Part shown: positions 38,092 to 48,227 of the stretch, one piece after another
Layout of the letters: every line of letters begins with the position of its first letter
Numbering within the stretch: the stretch's first letter is position 1
DNA from: Gammaproteobacteria bacterium
GTDB taxonomy: Bacteria > Pseudomonadota > Gammaproteobacteria > UBA12402
DNA length: 64,000 nucleotides
Direction of reading: 5' to 3'
Assembly: GCA_050123375.1 (NCBI GenBank)
Contig: JASFHF010000004.1
Coordinates: 5,116-69,115, forward strand
Made by a program: the position numbers and the translations under genes
The notes under the pieces: model-generated
What the model saw: only the letters and a program-made list of their open reading frames with translations
Databases searched by the model: none
What the model was told of the DNA's origin: nothing

Positions 38092-39759
38092 CTAAATGGC
38101 ATCCGGTGCAATATTTAAAACCCTCAAAGCTCCGCCCATGATTTTTGCAAATGTTGGTGCGGCAATTGTTCCGCCATAATAGCCATTATGCGGATCCTTA
38201 ATTACTACTGCTACTATAAGTTGTGGATTTGATGCTGGAGCTATTCCCACAAAAGAAGCAATATAGCGATGTTTATAATATCCGTGCAGTTTAGCGATAT
38301 GGGCTGTTCCAGTTTTTCCGGCTACATGATAGCCAGTAATTCTGGCACGAAATCCAGTGCCATTTGGTTGTACTACTAGTCCTAGCATTTGCAGCATACT
38401 TTGCGCAGTTTTTGCGTCCATAGCTCGTGTGCATGTTGCTTGTGCGTCGCGTTTTAAAAATGTTATTGGGCATTGTAAGCCATTGTTGGCAATTATGCCA
38501 TAGGCTTGTGCGAGTTGTAATGGAGTTACTGAAATTCCATAGCCGAAAGCCAAAGTTGCTAAAACAAATGGCTGCCAGGTTTCATGATAGGATAATGCTC
38601 CTGGGCTTTCACCTGGAAAATTGCTGTTGGTGCGTTCACCAAATCCTACCCGATGCAGTAAATCAAGAAAATGTTCAGCTGGTAATGACAAGGTCATTTT
38701 GGTTACGCCAATATTGCTGGATTTTTGTAGAATTTCTGCAACTGTTATTTTGCCGTGATTTTTCCAATCAGTATCGTGGACGATATTGTTGCCGATTTTT
38801 AGACGGCCGGGATTAGTATTAACGATAGTGTTGTCAGTATATTTACCGCTATCAAGTGCGCTGGCAATACTGAAGGCTTTCATGGTTGAGCCAGGTTCAA
38901 ACATGTCGGTAATGGCGCGGTTTCTAAATTGTTCATAATCATGAGATGGACGTTGATTTGGGTTAAATGAAGGTTGATTTACCATTGCAAGTATTTCACC
39001 GGTTGAGGGATTTAATACCACTACTGATCCAGATTCTGCGCGATATTTTATGACAGCGGATTTTAAATAGCGGTATGCTAAATATTGAATGCGATTATCA
39101 ATACTTAAAATTAAATCATGTCCGGATTTTGCGGTTTGAATATCATTTAAAATCGCAACAATATGTCCATATAAATCTTTTAATACTTGTTCTTTGCCTG
39201 GTATGCCGCGTAACCATGAATTATAAGCTAATTCTAAACCTTCTTGTCCCTTATCATCTATGTTGGTAAATCCCACAACTTGTGATGTAACTTCTCCTTC
39301 TGGATAGTAACGTTTATATCCTTTTTCCAAATAAACCCCGCTAAGAGCCAATTTAGCAATCTCTTGTGCTGTTTCAGGATTTACTCCGCGTTTTAGGTAA
39401 GTAAATTCGCGGTTTTTATTTTTGTGAACAATTTGGTAAATTCGTTTGTCGGAAATATTTAATAGGTGGCCAAGTTGTTGTGTATTTTTAGTATTGCAAA
39501 TAAAATCTTTCGGGTTAATCCAGACAGAATTTACTGGAGTGCTAATGGCTAATGGTACACCATTGCGATCAGAAATCATACCGCGATAGGCAGGTATATT
39601 GATAATGCGTAAAGTGCGCATGTTTCCCTGATGCAATAAAAAATTTCGATCGAAAGTAGTTAAATAAATCATACGGGCAATTAGAATGAAAATTAAAATA
39701 AGCAGCCCGCTTAAAAACAGCCAGAATCGAATTGAAAGAAAAGGGATTTTATTTTTCAT
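38092..39759 (-). CDS. ftsI: peptidoglycan D,D-transpeptidase FtsI (PBP3)
   Basis: N-terminal TM, transpeptidase motifs STMK, SSN, KTGT; 555 aa; between ftsL and murE position. Confidence 0.85.
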   Translation of the reverse strand: MKNKIPFLSIRFWLFLSGLLILIFILIARMIYLTTFDRNFLLHQGNMRTLRIINIPAYRGMISDRNGVPLAISTPVNSVWINPKDFICNTKNTQQLGHLLNISDKRIYQIVHKNKNREFTYLKRGVNPETAQEIAKLALSGVYLEKGYKRYYPEGEVTSQVVGFTNIDDKGQEGLELAYNSWLRGIPGKEQVLKDLYGHIVAILNDIQTAKSGHDLILSIDNRIQYLAYRYLKSAVIKYRAESGSVVVLNPSTGEILAMVNQPSFNPNQRPSHDYEQFRNRAITDMFEPGSTMKAFSIASALDSGKYTDNTIVNTNPGRLKIGNNIVHDTDWKNHGKITVAEILQKSSNIGVTKMTLSLPAEHFLDLLHRVGFGERTNSNFPGESPGALSYHETWQPFVLATLAFGYGISVTPLQLAQAYGIIANNGLQCPITFLKRDAQATCTRAMDAKTAQSMLQMLGLVVQPNGTGFRARITGYHVAGKTGTAHIAKLHGYYKHRYIASFVGIAPASNPQLIVAVVIKDPHNGYYGGTIAAPTFAKIMGGALRVLNIAPDAI

Positions 39760-40114
39760 TATTAATTATCAAAATTTGTTGGGTTTTGGGCATAGTCATA
39801 TTTAATTTATGCCGTGCTATTTGCTCTATTCTAGTTGCAGTATCCCAAGTGCTTTTTTCTAGTAATAGTTGGCTCCATTGATTACGTAAATTTATATTTT
39901 CTGTTTGTAGAATTTGTAATTTATTTGTTAACTGACGGTTGATGTTTTGTACGCAAATAACGCCAAAGGAACTGATTAGCAGAGCAACTGTCAGGACTAT
40001 GGTGATAGTATAATTTTTAACAGCTAAAAGATTTTCGCACAAGTGCGAAAGTCTTTTAATAAAGCTTCGAGGTAGAATGGTAATGCGGTTTGATGTTTTA
40101 ACAGCAAAATTCAT
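39749..40114 (-). CDS. ftsL: cell division protein FtsL
   Basis: 121 aa, single TM plus coiled coil, between rsmH and ftsI. Confidence 0.6.
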   Translation of the reverse strand: MNFAVKTSNRITILPRSFIKRLSHLCENLLAVKNYTITIVLTVALLISSFGVICVQNINRQLTNKLQILQTENINLRNQWSQLLLEKSTWDTATRIEQIARHKLNMTMPKTQQILIINNEK

Positions 40115-41049
40115 AATAATTTCTCCGCTATTCTTAATTTAGCGCTTCGAGCTCTCCGATTTGCTTTTAATTCTTCGTTGGTTGGCTTAATTGCACGTCC
40201 AAATTTTTTTAATCTTGGTTTTAAATTTTCATGTTTTATTGGCACATCAATTGGAAAGTAATCACCCGTTGCATGTTTCTGGATAAATCGTTTTACAATA
40301 CGATCTTCTAATGAATGAAAACTTATTACCACTAATCTGCCGCCAATCGCTAATATATCTAAAGCTTTATCTAAACAACTTTGTAATTCTTCGAGTTCTT
40401 GGTTAATAAAAATTCTTATTGCTTGGAAACTTCGGGTTGCTGGATGCTTATGTTTTTCTCTTGCGGGATTAGCTTTGGCTACGATATCAGCTAATTGTTT
40501 AGTTGTTTCGATGGGCGTCGAATTCCTGGCTTTAATAATTGCATTAGCAATACGGCGCGCAAACTTTTCTTCACCATAATCTTTTAGCACTTGCATTAAT
40601 ACCGTTTCGTTAACCCGATTAATCCAGGTTGCAGCATCAATACCATGTGTTAAATCCATTCTCATATCTAGCGGTCCATCGCGTAAAAAACTAAATCCTC
40701 GAGTTTCATCTTCCAACTGTGGGGATGAAACTCCCAAATCAAGCAAAATTCCGCAAACTTTACCTACAATATTTAATTGTTTAGCTAATTTGTCAATTTC
40801 ATTAAATGATCCATGATAAATATGACAGCGTCGGTCTTTTGCTAACATTTTTTCCGCTATCATTATTGCTTCCGGATCTTTATCAATTACAATTAATTGT
40901 CCGTCGGCGGACAATTTTTCTAAAATTAATTTAGCGTGCCCGCCACGGCCAAAAGTTCCATCAATGTAAATGCCCGAAGGTTTTATATTTAAACCTTCAA
41001 TTGCTTCTTGTAATAAAACCGGAGCGTGTTGTTTATTGTCACTATTCAT
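40111..41049 (-). CDS. rsmH: 16S rRNA (cytosine1402-N4)-methyltransferase RsmH (MraW)
   Basis: HAPVLLQEAIEGL N-terminus, GTFGRGGH SAM-binding motif; 312 aa. Confidence 0.9.
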   Translation of the reverse strand: MNSDNKQHAPVLLQEAIEGLNIKPSGIYIDGTFGRGGHAKLILEKLSADGQLIVIDKDPEAIMIAEKMLAKDRRCHIYHGSFNEIDKLAKQLNIVGKVCGILLDLGVSSPQLEDETRGFSFLRDGPLDMRMDLTHGIDAATWINRVNETVLMQVLKDYGEEKFARRIANAIIKARNSTPIETTKQLADIVAKANPAREKHKHPATRSFQAIRIFINQELEELQSCLDKALDILAIGGRLVVISFHSLEDRIVKRFIQKHATGDYFPIDVPIKHENLKPRLKKFGRAIKPTNEELKANRRARSAKLRIAEKLL

Positions 41050-41174
41050 TTTTAAAGGGTGGCTAAGGAGGAGAGATATTCCTTTATCAACTTATCCGTT
41101 TTCCTTGGATGTAATCTCCTTAGCCAAAACTTTTGTGCAGAGATTGCAAAAAATGCTCGTCTGCGTAGCATTAA

Positions 41175-41633
41175 TTACAAAGCTATATCTTTTAATTCTT
41201 CTGGTATTTCTCCTTCTTTTACCAGTTCTGAGTTAAGCCAATGATCGCGTTGTTGTTGCCACTGTTCATTATTCCAGAGTTCAAACTTGTTACCTTGTCC
41301 TACCAGCGTTAGCTTTTTTTGTATGTTAGCATATTTGCGCAACAGGGGAGGTAGCAAAATGCGCCCGTGGCTATCCAAGGCAAGTTCAGTTGCATGGCCG
41401 ATCAACAAACGTTGAATGCGTCGGGTAGCCGGGCTAAAACTTGGTAATTTAGCGATTTTTTGTTCAATTTTTTCCCAAATTGTAAATGGGAATAATAATA
41501 AGCAGCGTTGTTCGGTATCGATGGTGATAATAATTTGTCCTTGGGCTTTCTCTAATAAGGTTTGTCGATAGCGCACTGGGATTGCAATCCGCCCTTTTTG
41601 ATCGACATTAATAGAGTTGATGCCACGAAACAT
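41175..41633 (-). CDS. mraZ: transcriptional regulator MraZ
   Basis: MFRGINSINVDQKGRIAIP N-terminus, duplicated MraZ domain; 152 aa. Confidence 0.85.
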   Translation of the reverse strand: MFRGINSINVDQKGRIAIPVRYRQTLLEKAQGQIIITIDTEQRCLLLFPFTIWEKIEQKIAKLPSFSPATRRIQRLLIGHATELALDSHGRILLPPLLRKYANIQKKLTLVGQGNKFELWNNEQWQQQRDHWLNSELVKEGEIPEELKDIAL

Positions 41634-41811
41634 CGAAGCTGTGCCTCCTAAGAAGGTTAATTTCTGTCAGGAATAGCCACTTTGTACCACTAAATACCAC
41701 TTAATTACACTATAAGGAATATTTTGATGCTTGGCAATAGAGAAGTAGAATTTTTATGGGGTCAAGTCTTGAATTTTGCATTTTGATCTAATTTAAATCA
41801 AAATGCAAAAT

Positions 41812-42369
41812 TCAAGACTTGACCCCCTTAAATGATCGGCGATGAATCGGTGTAGGGCCGAGTTGTTTTAAGGCATCCATATGCTGTTTGGTTGGATAGC
41901 CTTTATGCTTGGCAAAGCCATAGCCGGGGTAGATATCTTCGAATTTGATCATCTCATTGTCTCTTAGTACTTTGGCTATAATTGATGCAGCGCTGATAGC
42001 TTCGATTTTGGAGTCGCCTTTGATGATAGCTTCAACTGAACAAGAAAGACGGGGGCAATGAATCCCATCTACCAAGGCATGATTTGGTTGAATTGGCAGA
42101 TTATTAACCGCGCGCTGCATGGCTAGTAAGCTTGCTTGAAGTATGTTGATTTTGTCGATTTCAGCAGGTTCGGCGCGCCCATAAGCGTAACATTTAGCGT
42201 GGAGCTTGATTATTTCAGCGAGTTCTTCGCGGCGTTTTGCGGTTAATTTTTTGGAGTCTTTTAAACCGCAGATACGATTGTTTGGGTCTAAAATTACTGC
42301 AGCAGCTACCACAGGGCCGGCTAGTGGTCCTCGTCCTACTTCATCAATGCCAGCGATAAGTTGTTGCAT
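41812..42369 (-). CDS. rnhB: ribonuclease HII
   Basis: [17 protein letters not shown] catalytic N-terminus; 185 aa. Confidence 0.85.
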   Translation of the reverse strand: MQQLIAGIDEVGRGPLAGPVVAAAVILDPNNRICGLKDSKKLTAKRREELAEIIKLHAKCYAYGRAEPAEIDKINILQASLLAMQRAVNNLPIQPNHALVDGIHCPRLSCSVEAIIKGDSKIEAISAASIIAKVLRDNEMIKFEDIYPGYGFAKHKGYPTKQHMDALKQLGPTPIHRRSFKGVKS

Positions 42370-42396
42370 AGTATTTCCTGTTTATCACGTGCATGT

Positions 42397-42460
42397 GGGA
42401 GACGGGTCTTTACTAATTACAAAGCTACGCACTTGTAATTAGTAAAGACCCGTCCCCTCC
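42397..42460. repeat. Intergenic hairpin (REP/MITE-like) element
   Basis: GGGAGACGGGTCTTTACTAATTACAAAG-CTACGCAC-TTGTAATTAGTAAAGACCCGTCCCCTCC. Confidence 0.7.
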
Positions 42461-42575
42461 AGCTAATGTAAAGCTTGCGTCCCGTCTACATATATCTTTT
42501 ATGATAATAAAATGCTTAACCAAATTAGTGGTTGATTATATAATGATTAATCTTTGCAGTACATAGAGAAAGCTT

Positions 42576-43661
42576 ATGATTTATTTAGCACAACCGGATA
42601 TTAGTTCTAAAGAGAAACAAGCGGTTTTGGATGTATTGGATAGCGGCATTTTAGCTAGTGGGCCTAAGGTGCGTGAATTTGAACAAAAGTTTGCTGATTA
42701 TTGTAATGTGGAGCATGCAATTGCGGTATCTTCCGGTACAACAGCATTACATACAGCTTTGCTTGGTTTGGGGATTGGTGAAGGTGACAGGATTTTAACA
42801 ACGCCGTTTTCTTTTATTGCTACCAGTAATTCAATTTTGTTTTGTAATGCAGAACCGGTTTTTGTGGATATTGATTCCAAAACTTTTAATTTAGATCCAA
42901 ATTTAGTTGAAGATAAATTAAAACAAGAAAAAATAAAAGCGATCATATTGGTGCATTTGTACGGTTTGCCGTGTGATATGGATGCGTTTAATTTTTTGGC
43001 TAAAAAATATAATGTAGAATTGATTGAGGATAGTGCGCAGGCGGTTGGTGCTGGTTATAAAAATAAAATAACCGGGGGTATGAGTAAGGTTGGATGTTTT
43101 AGTTTGTATGCAACTAAAAATTTAATGACTGGCGAAGGAGGAATGATTACGACTAATGATGATAGATTGGCCGAGAAGATGCGCAGTTTAATTAACCATG
43201 GCCGCCAAGGGCATTTTGAGCATACAATGTTAGGTTTTAATTTTAGGATGACTGATATTGCTGCGGCTTTAGGAATTGTGCAGTTAGAGCGTTTGCCGGA
43301 ATTTATGCAAAAAAGAAAAGCTAACGCTGATTTTTATAATCAGCATTTCGATAAAATTGATTGGATTACGGTGCCGCACGTTTCGGCTGATTGTCAGCAT
43401 GTTTATCATCAATATGTGATTCGTGTGCCAAGTAATATGAGAAATAAGTTAATCGAATATTTAGATAAAAATCAAATTAAAGCCGCGCCGACTTATCCAA
43501 CAATTATTCCAGAGCAGTTATTTTATCAGTCAAAAAGCTATGGTGATTTTCCGGCAGCAAAAAGAGCAAGCCAGGAAGTGGTGTGTTTGCCAGTGCATCC
43601 GAAATTATCACGACAAAATTTAATTAAAGTTATTGATGTAATTTCAAGGTTTAATCTATGA
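42576..43661 (+). CDS. DegT/DnrJ/EryC1/StrS-family PLP aminotransferase (GnnB-like UDP-3-oxo-GlcNAc transaminase candidate)
   Basis: Lys-containing SLYATKNL motif typical of sugar aminotransferases; 361 aa; directly upstream of a Gfo/Idh/MocA oxidoreductase and lpxB. Confidence 0.7.
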   Translation: MIYLAQPDISSKEKQAVLDVLDSGILASGPKVREFEQKFADYCNVEHAIAVSSGTTALHTALLGLGIGEGDRILTTPFSFIATSNSILFCNAEPVFVDIDSKTFNLDPNLVEDKLKQEKIKAIILVHLYGLPCDMDAFNFLAKKYNVELIEDSAQAVGAGYKNKITGGMSKVGCFSLYATKNLMTGEGGMITTNDDRLAEKMRSLINHGRQGHFEHTMLGFNFRMTDIAAALGIVQLERLPEFMQKRKANADFYNQHFDKIDWITVPHVSADCQHVYHQYVIRVPSNMRNKLIEYLDKNQIKAAPTYPTIIPEQLFYQSKSYGDFPAAKRASQEVVCLPVHPKLSRQNLIKVIDVISRFNL

Positions 43662-44590
43662 ATAAAGTTAAAGTAGGCGTTATTGGTATTGGCAGTTTAG
43701 GGCAGCATCATGCTCGAATTTATGCATCTATGCCTGAAGTTGAATTGATTGGTATTGTAGATATTGATAAACAACGTGCTAAAAATATAGCTAACAAATT
43801 AAATACTATTGTTTTTGATTCAGCGGATGCGTTATTAGACAAAGTTGATGCGGTAAATATCGTAACTCCTACACCGTTACATTTTTCAATCGCAAAACTT
43901 GCAATTGAAAAAAAAGTTCATTGTTTGGTGGAGAAACCAATTACAGTAGCTGTAGATGAAGCTGATGAATTGATTCGTTTGGCAGAGGTTCATGATGTTT
44001 TATTGCAAGTTGGTCACATTGAAAGATTTAATCCGGCAATTATTGAGGCATATAAGCATATTACATATCCAAAATTTATTGAAGTTGATCGTTTGGGTCC
44101 TTATAGTCCGCGCATGTCGCATATTGGAGTAGTGCTTGATTTAATGGTGCATGATTTAGATATGTTGTTATATTTAACTCAATCAGAAGTGGTTTCAATT
44201 GATGCGGTTGGCACAAAAGTTTTTTCTGATTTTGAAGATATTGCTAATGTGCGGATTAAATTTGCTAATGGTTGTGTAGCGAATGTTTCTGCGAGTCGTG
44301 TATCATTAAAAAAATTGAGAAAGATTAGAGTTTTTCAAGACGATGCTTATATTTCTTTGAATTTTGAAAAGCAAAACTTAAAAATTTATAAAAAGAAAAA
44401 AGAACAATTAGAAAACCTTAAGGATATAAAAATTATGCGGCCGCGTATTAAAAAAAACGAGCCGTTATTATTAGAATTAAAAGATTTTATTCATTGTGTT
44501 GTAGAAAAATCTTCACCATTAGTGTGTGGAGTACAAGGCAGGAATGCTTTGGAATTGGCGCTGGAGGTAAGCAGGCAGATTTCTATATAA
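43658..44590 (+). CDS. Gfo/Idh/MocA-family NAD-dependent oxidoreductase (GnnA-like UDP-GlcNAc 3-dehydrogenase candidate)
   Basis: N-terminal Rossmann VGVIGIGSLGQHHAR, EKP motif (VEKPIT); 310 aa; 4-nt overlap with the upstream aminotransferase. Confidence 0.7.
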   Translation: MNKVKVGVIGIGSLGQHHARIYASMPEVELIGIVDIDKQRAKNIANKLNTIVFDSADALLDKVDAVNIVTPTPLHFSIAKLAIEKKVHCLVEKPITVAVDEADELIRLAEVHDVLLQVGHIERFNPAIIEAYKHITYPKFIEVDRLGPYSPRMSHIGVVLDLMVHDLDMLLYLTQSEVVSIDAVGTKVFSDFEDIANVRIKFANGCVANVSASRVSLKKLRKIRVFQDDAYISLNFEKQNLKIYKKKKEQLENLKDIKIMRPRIKKNEPLLLELKDFIHCVVEKSSPLVCGVQGRNALELALEVSRQISI

Positions 44591-44600
44591 AGGTGAGGTA

Positions 44601-45734
44601 ATGAGAGTTTTTATTTGTGCAGGAGATGTTTCGGGCGATTTGCATGCCGCTTATTTAGTAAATAAGTTATTAGCAAGAGATGCTGCACTTGAAATTTTTG
44701 CTGTCGGCGGACAACAATTAGAGCAAGCTAAAACTTCTTTTTTATATAATATTGTGGATGCTGATGGTTTCGGATTAAATAATTTATTGCATAAATATTT
44801 GTATTTTAGAAAGGTTTTTAATAAAATTATTTGTCCGGTACTGCAAGATAAAAAACCAGATTTAGTTATTTTGGTTGATTTTTACGGGTTTAATATTCAT
44901 GTTGCTAAAGAGGCAAAGAAGCATCATATTAAAGTAATTTATTACATTTGTCCGCAAATTTGGGCGTCACGTTTTTATCGAATTAAAAATATTAAAAAAT
45001 ATATTGATGAAGTTATTCCTATTTTTCCGTTTGAAATTGATATTTATAAAAAATATAAAATCCCGGTTTTTTATACTGGCAACCCTTTAATTGATGTTGT
45101 GCAGTCAAAAACTCCAGCAATCAATATTTATCAGCAATTTAATTTGTCATCAGATGAAAAATTAATTGGTGTTATGCCAGGCAGCAGAGAACAGGAGATT
45201 AAAAAAGTATTGCCGATGATTTTAGATTGTATTAAGCCGATACTGTCAGATAAACTAAAGTTCATTATTTTCGTTTCTTCAATAAAATATCGAAAATTAA
45301 TTTTGGATATTTTAGAAAATTATAATATGATTTTGTATTTTAAATTAGTTGATGGTTCTGCATATCATCTGCGTAAGCAATTGCGATTTTGTTTGACATG
45401 TTCTGGAACAGCAGTTACCGAGAATTTAGTTTTAAATATACCAACTATGGTTTTTTATCGCATGTCTCCTTTGATATTTTTGATTGCTAAGACAATTGTG
45501 ACGGTTAAGTATATAAGCATTCCGAATATTTTAGCTGATAAGAGTATTATTCCAGAATATATTCAAAATATTGATGTTTTAAAAGTCGCTGATGAAATTC
45601 GAGGCTGGATTAATTCTGATGCAAAAATCGCACAAATTAAACACGATTTGAACAATGTGGCAAAGATAATGGGTCAGCCAGGAGTGATTGATCGGGTAGC
45701 TGAGCATATTACTGAGCATATTATCTCTAGTTAA
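44601..45734 (+). CDS. lpxB: lipid-A-disaccharide synthase
   Basis: MRVFICAGDVSGDLHAAYLV N-terminus typical of LpxB (GT19); 377 aa. Confidence 0.8.
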   Translation: MRVFICAGDVSGDLHAAYLVNKLLARDAALEIFAVGGQQLEQAKTSFLYNIVDADGFGLNNLLHKYLYFRKVFNKIICPVLQDKKPDLVILVDFYGFNIHVAKEAKKHHIKVIYYICPQIWASRFYRIKNIKKYIDEVIPIFPFEIDIYKKYKIPVFYTGNPLIDVVQSKTPAINIYQQFNLSSDEKLIGVMPGSREQEIKKVLPMILDCIKPILSDKLKFIIFVSSIKYRKLILDILENYNMILYFKLVDGSAYHLRKQLRFCLTCSGTAVTENLVLNIPTMVFYRMSPLIFLIAKTIVTVKYISIPNILADKSIIPEYIQNIDVLKVADEIRGWINSDAKIAQIKHDLNNVAKIMGQPGVIDRVAEHITEHIISS

Positions 45735-45789
45735 TTTCAAGAATGCTTGATATACTATATAAGTACGAAAATATTAGGAGAAGCAAGTA

Positions 45790-47238
45790 ATGCACTCAAA
45801 TAATACACAGACCTTGAAACAACCAAAAGTATTTTATTTGTCATGTTTAACCACATTATTTGAGAGATTTGGTTTTTATGCCATTTCTTTTTTGTTGGTA
45901 ATTTACGCTAAAATCATTTTTCAATATTCTGATACTGAAGCTTTTGCTTTGTTTGCTGTGTTTAACGCTTTGGTTTATTTAACGCCGGCGATTGGTGGTT
46001 ATTTGGCAGATCATGTGATTGGAATTAGGCGCTGTATTATTTTGGGTTTAGTATTTGAGTGCGTTGGATTAGCGTTGCTTGCTTCAACAGTTGAAGTGAT
46101 TTTTTTATTGGGATTGTCTTTAGTAATGATTGGGTTGGGTTTATTTAAAACTGCCCCCACTGACTTAATGGCTCGAGCTTATAGCGAAAAAGATCCGCGA
46201 ATTGATAGCGGATATACTCTTTTTTATATGTCGATTAATATTGGAGTTTTGCTTGCTTCAGTTGTTTTTGGTTTTGTGTTGAAGTTTTTTGGATGGCATT
46301 GGACCTTTATTGCTGCATCTTCTACTTTAATCTTATCTTTATTGGTTTATTTTGTTTTACGCCGCAGTGCAGTAGATGATGAGTCAGAACCTGGAAAAAT
46401 GCCATTAAAATTTAAGGTAAAAGTATTGTTTTTGATTGGTATAGTATTGGCTGCTGTTATTTTTACTGCCATGCTGTATTATTTACATGTCGCTAATATG
46501 TTTTTTGTGGCTGCTAGCATTGCTGTTGCTTTGTATTTTTTATTTGAAATTATTAGAAGCCCGATGGATGAGAAACTAAAAATCATTGCTTGTTTATTTT
46601 TGATCGCCGTAGGTTTCGTTTTCTTTGTGATGTATTTTCAATATTATGAATCTATGGTGTTATTTATCAAGCGGTCGGTTGAACATACGATTTTTGGATA
46701 TGAAGTTCCAATGACAGTATTTTTGTCATTTAATGCTGTGTGGATTATTATTTTAAGCCCGATTTTGGCCTGGTTATATAAATTTCTTGGTGAGAGAAAC
46801 AAGGATTTGGTGGTAACTACTAAGTTTTCTTTGGGGGTTTTAGTTACCAGTATATGTTTTTTTGTTTTAGTAATTAGTCAGTATTTTTTACATCCTGATG
46901 TAAAAGTGTCTCCATTATGGATTTTTATTGCGATGTTTTTTTATTCCTTTGGAGAATTGCTGGTTAGCGCATTAGGGGTTGCAATGGTTGCACATATTGC
47001 TCCAGAACGTCTGTATGGTGTGATGATGGGGGCATGGTTTTTACTGGGAATGGCGATGGCATCTTCAGTGTCAGGCAAAGTGGCTGCTTGGTCAAGTGTG
47101 CCGGAATCAGTTACTGATCCATTGCAAATATTCCACATATACATGCATGCGTTTCTTAAGATTGGAATTATAGGCTTGATCTTTGCTGCTATAATATTTA
47201 TAGTTAGCCCTTATATTAAACGTATAGCTAACCTTTAA
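45790..47238 (+). CDS. POT/PTR2-family proton-dependent oligopeptide transporter
   Basis: ExxERFxYY-like motif [12 protein letters not shown], 12-14 TM; 482 aa. Confidence 0.7.
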   Translation: MHSNNTQTLKQPKVFYLSCLTTLFERFGFYAISFLLVIYAKIIFQYSDTEAFALFAVFNALVYLTPAIGGYLADHVIGIRRCIILGLVFECVGLALLASTVEVIFLLGLSLVMIGLGLFKTAPTDLMARAYSEKDPRIDSGYTLFYMSINIGVLLASVVFGFVLKFFGWHWTFIAASSTLILSLLVYFVLRRSAVDDESEPGKMPLKFKVKVLFLIGIVLAAVIFTAMLYYLHVANMFFVAASIAVALYFLFEIIRSPMDEKLKIIACLFLIAVGFVFFVMYFQYYESMVLFIKRSVEHTIFGYEVPMTVFLSFNAVWIIILSPILAWLYKFLGERNKDLVVTTKFSLGVLVTSICFFVLVISQYFLHPDVKVSPLWIFIAMFFYSFGELLVSALGVAMVAHIAPERLYGVMMGAWFLLGMAMASSVSGKVAAWSSVPESVTDPLQIFHIYMHAFLKIGIIGLIFAAIIFIVSPYIKRIANL

Positions 47239-47254
47239 TGTATATATATCCATA

Positions 47255-47575
47255 ATGCAGCTTGAAAAATTACAACAAATTATTATTGATGCTCTTGAAG
47301 ATCTTAAGGCTATTAATATTGTAGTGCTTGATGTCAGAAAACTTACCACTATTACTGATTTAATGGTTGTTTGCAGCGGCCGTTCATCACGCCATGTTAA
47401 ATCTATTGCTGAAAATGTCATAATGCAGGCAAAAAAACATGGTCAACAGCCATTTGGGGTTGAGGGCGAAGAGATTGGTGAGTGGGTGTTGGTCGATCTT
47501 GGTGATATTGTTGTACATGTCATGTTGCCACAAACACGTGATTTTTATGAATTAGAAAAATTGTGGGCACAATAG
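47255..47575 (+). CDS. rsfS: ribosomal silencing factor RsfS
   Basis: 106 aa, conserved [20 protein letters not shown] region, followed by rlmH as in many gamma-proteobacteria. Confidence 0.8.
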   Translation: MQLEKLQQIIIDALEDLKAINIVVLDVRKLTTITDLMVVCSGRSSRHVKSIAENVIMQAKKHGQQPFGVEGEEIGEWVLVDLGDIVVHVMLPQTRDFYELEKLWAQ

Positions 47576-47579
47576 AATC

Positions 47580-48050
47580 ATGAAAGTTAATCTAATTGCT
47601 GTTGGTAAAAAAATGCCATCTTGGGTTGGTGCGGGTTTTAGAGAATATGCTAAACGTATGCCGGCAGAATTGTCTTTGAATTTAATCGAAATATCAGCAG
47701 TTAAACATACAAAAAATTTAAGTGCGCAGCAAATTCTTGAGCGTGAAGGCAAACAAATTTTGGCTGCTATTCCAGCGAATAATTATGCGGTTGCTTTGGA
47801 TGTACGCGGCAAAAATTTTTCAACCGAGCAATTGGCGAAACAGTTGCAAATGTGGCGGGAAAATGCGCGTGATGTTAGTTTGTTGGTTGGCGGACCGGAA
47901 GGTTTGTCGGATGAATGTTTAAATCGCGCAGATTTTAAATGGTCATTATCAAAACTTACTTTTCCTCATCCATTAGTTCGGGTTATAATTGCTGAACAGC
48001 TTTATCGCGCTTTTACTATCTTATCTCATCATCCTTATCATCGTGGTTGA
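47580..48050 (+). CDS. rlmH: 23S rRNA (pseudouridine1915-N3)-methyltransferase RlmH
   Basis: 156 aa SPOUT-fold protein, conserved LLVGGPEGL motif. Confidence 0.85.
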   Translation: MKVNLIAVGKKMPSWVGAGFREYAKRMPAELSLNLIEISAVKHTKNLSAQQILEREGKQILAAIPANNYAVALDVRGKNFSTEQLAKQLQMWRENARDVSLLVGGPEGLSDECLNRADFKWSLSKLTFPHPLVRVIIAEQLYRAFTILSHHPYHRG

Positions 48051-48061
48051 TTTTTCAAGGT

Positions 48062-48181
48062 TGTCACGAGTAGCTGGGGGTTGTCTTTTTCAGACACGCT
48101 CAAGTACATCCCTGTAGCGCTAAGGCTCGACCATCCCTGGTCTCGCATTGTCTGAAAAAGATAACCCCCAGCTACTCATAA
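48062..48181. repeat. Long imperfect inverted repeat (~29-bp arms) enclosing a GC-rich ~55-nt loop
   Basis: GAGTAGCTGGGGGTTGTCTTTTTCAGACA ... TGTCTGAAAAAGATAACCCCCAGCTACTC, between rlmH and comF. Confidence 0.6.
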
Positions 48182-48227
48182 TTAAATTTCATGCTAATTA
48201 AAACTTTTCAAAAACAAAAGGATATAA

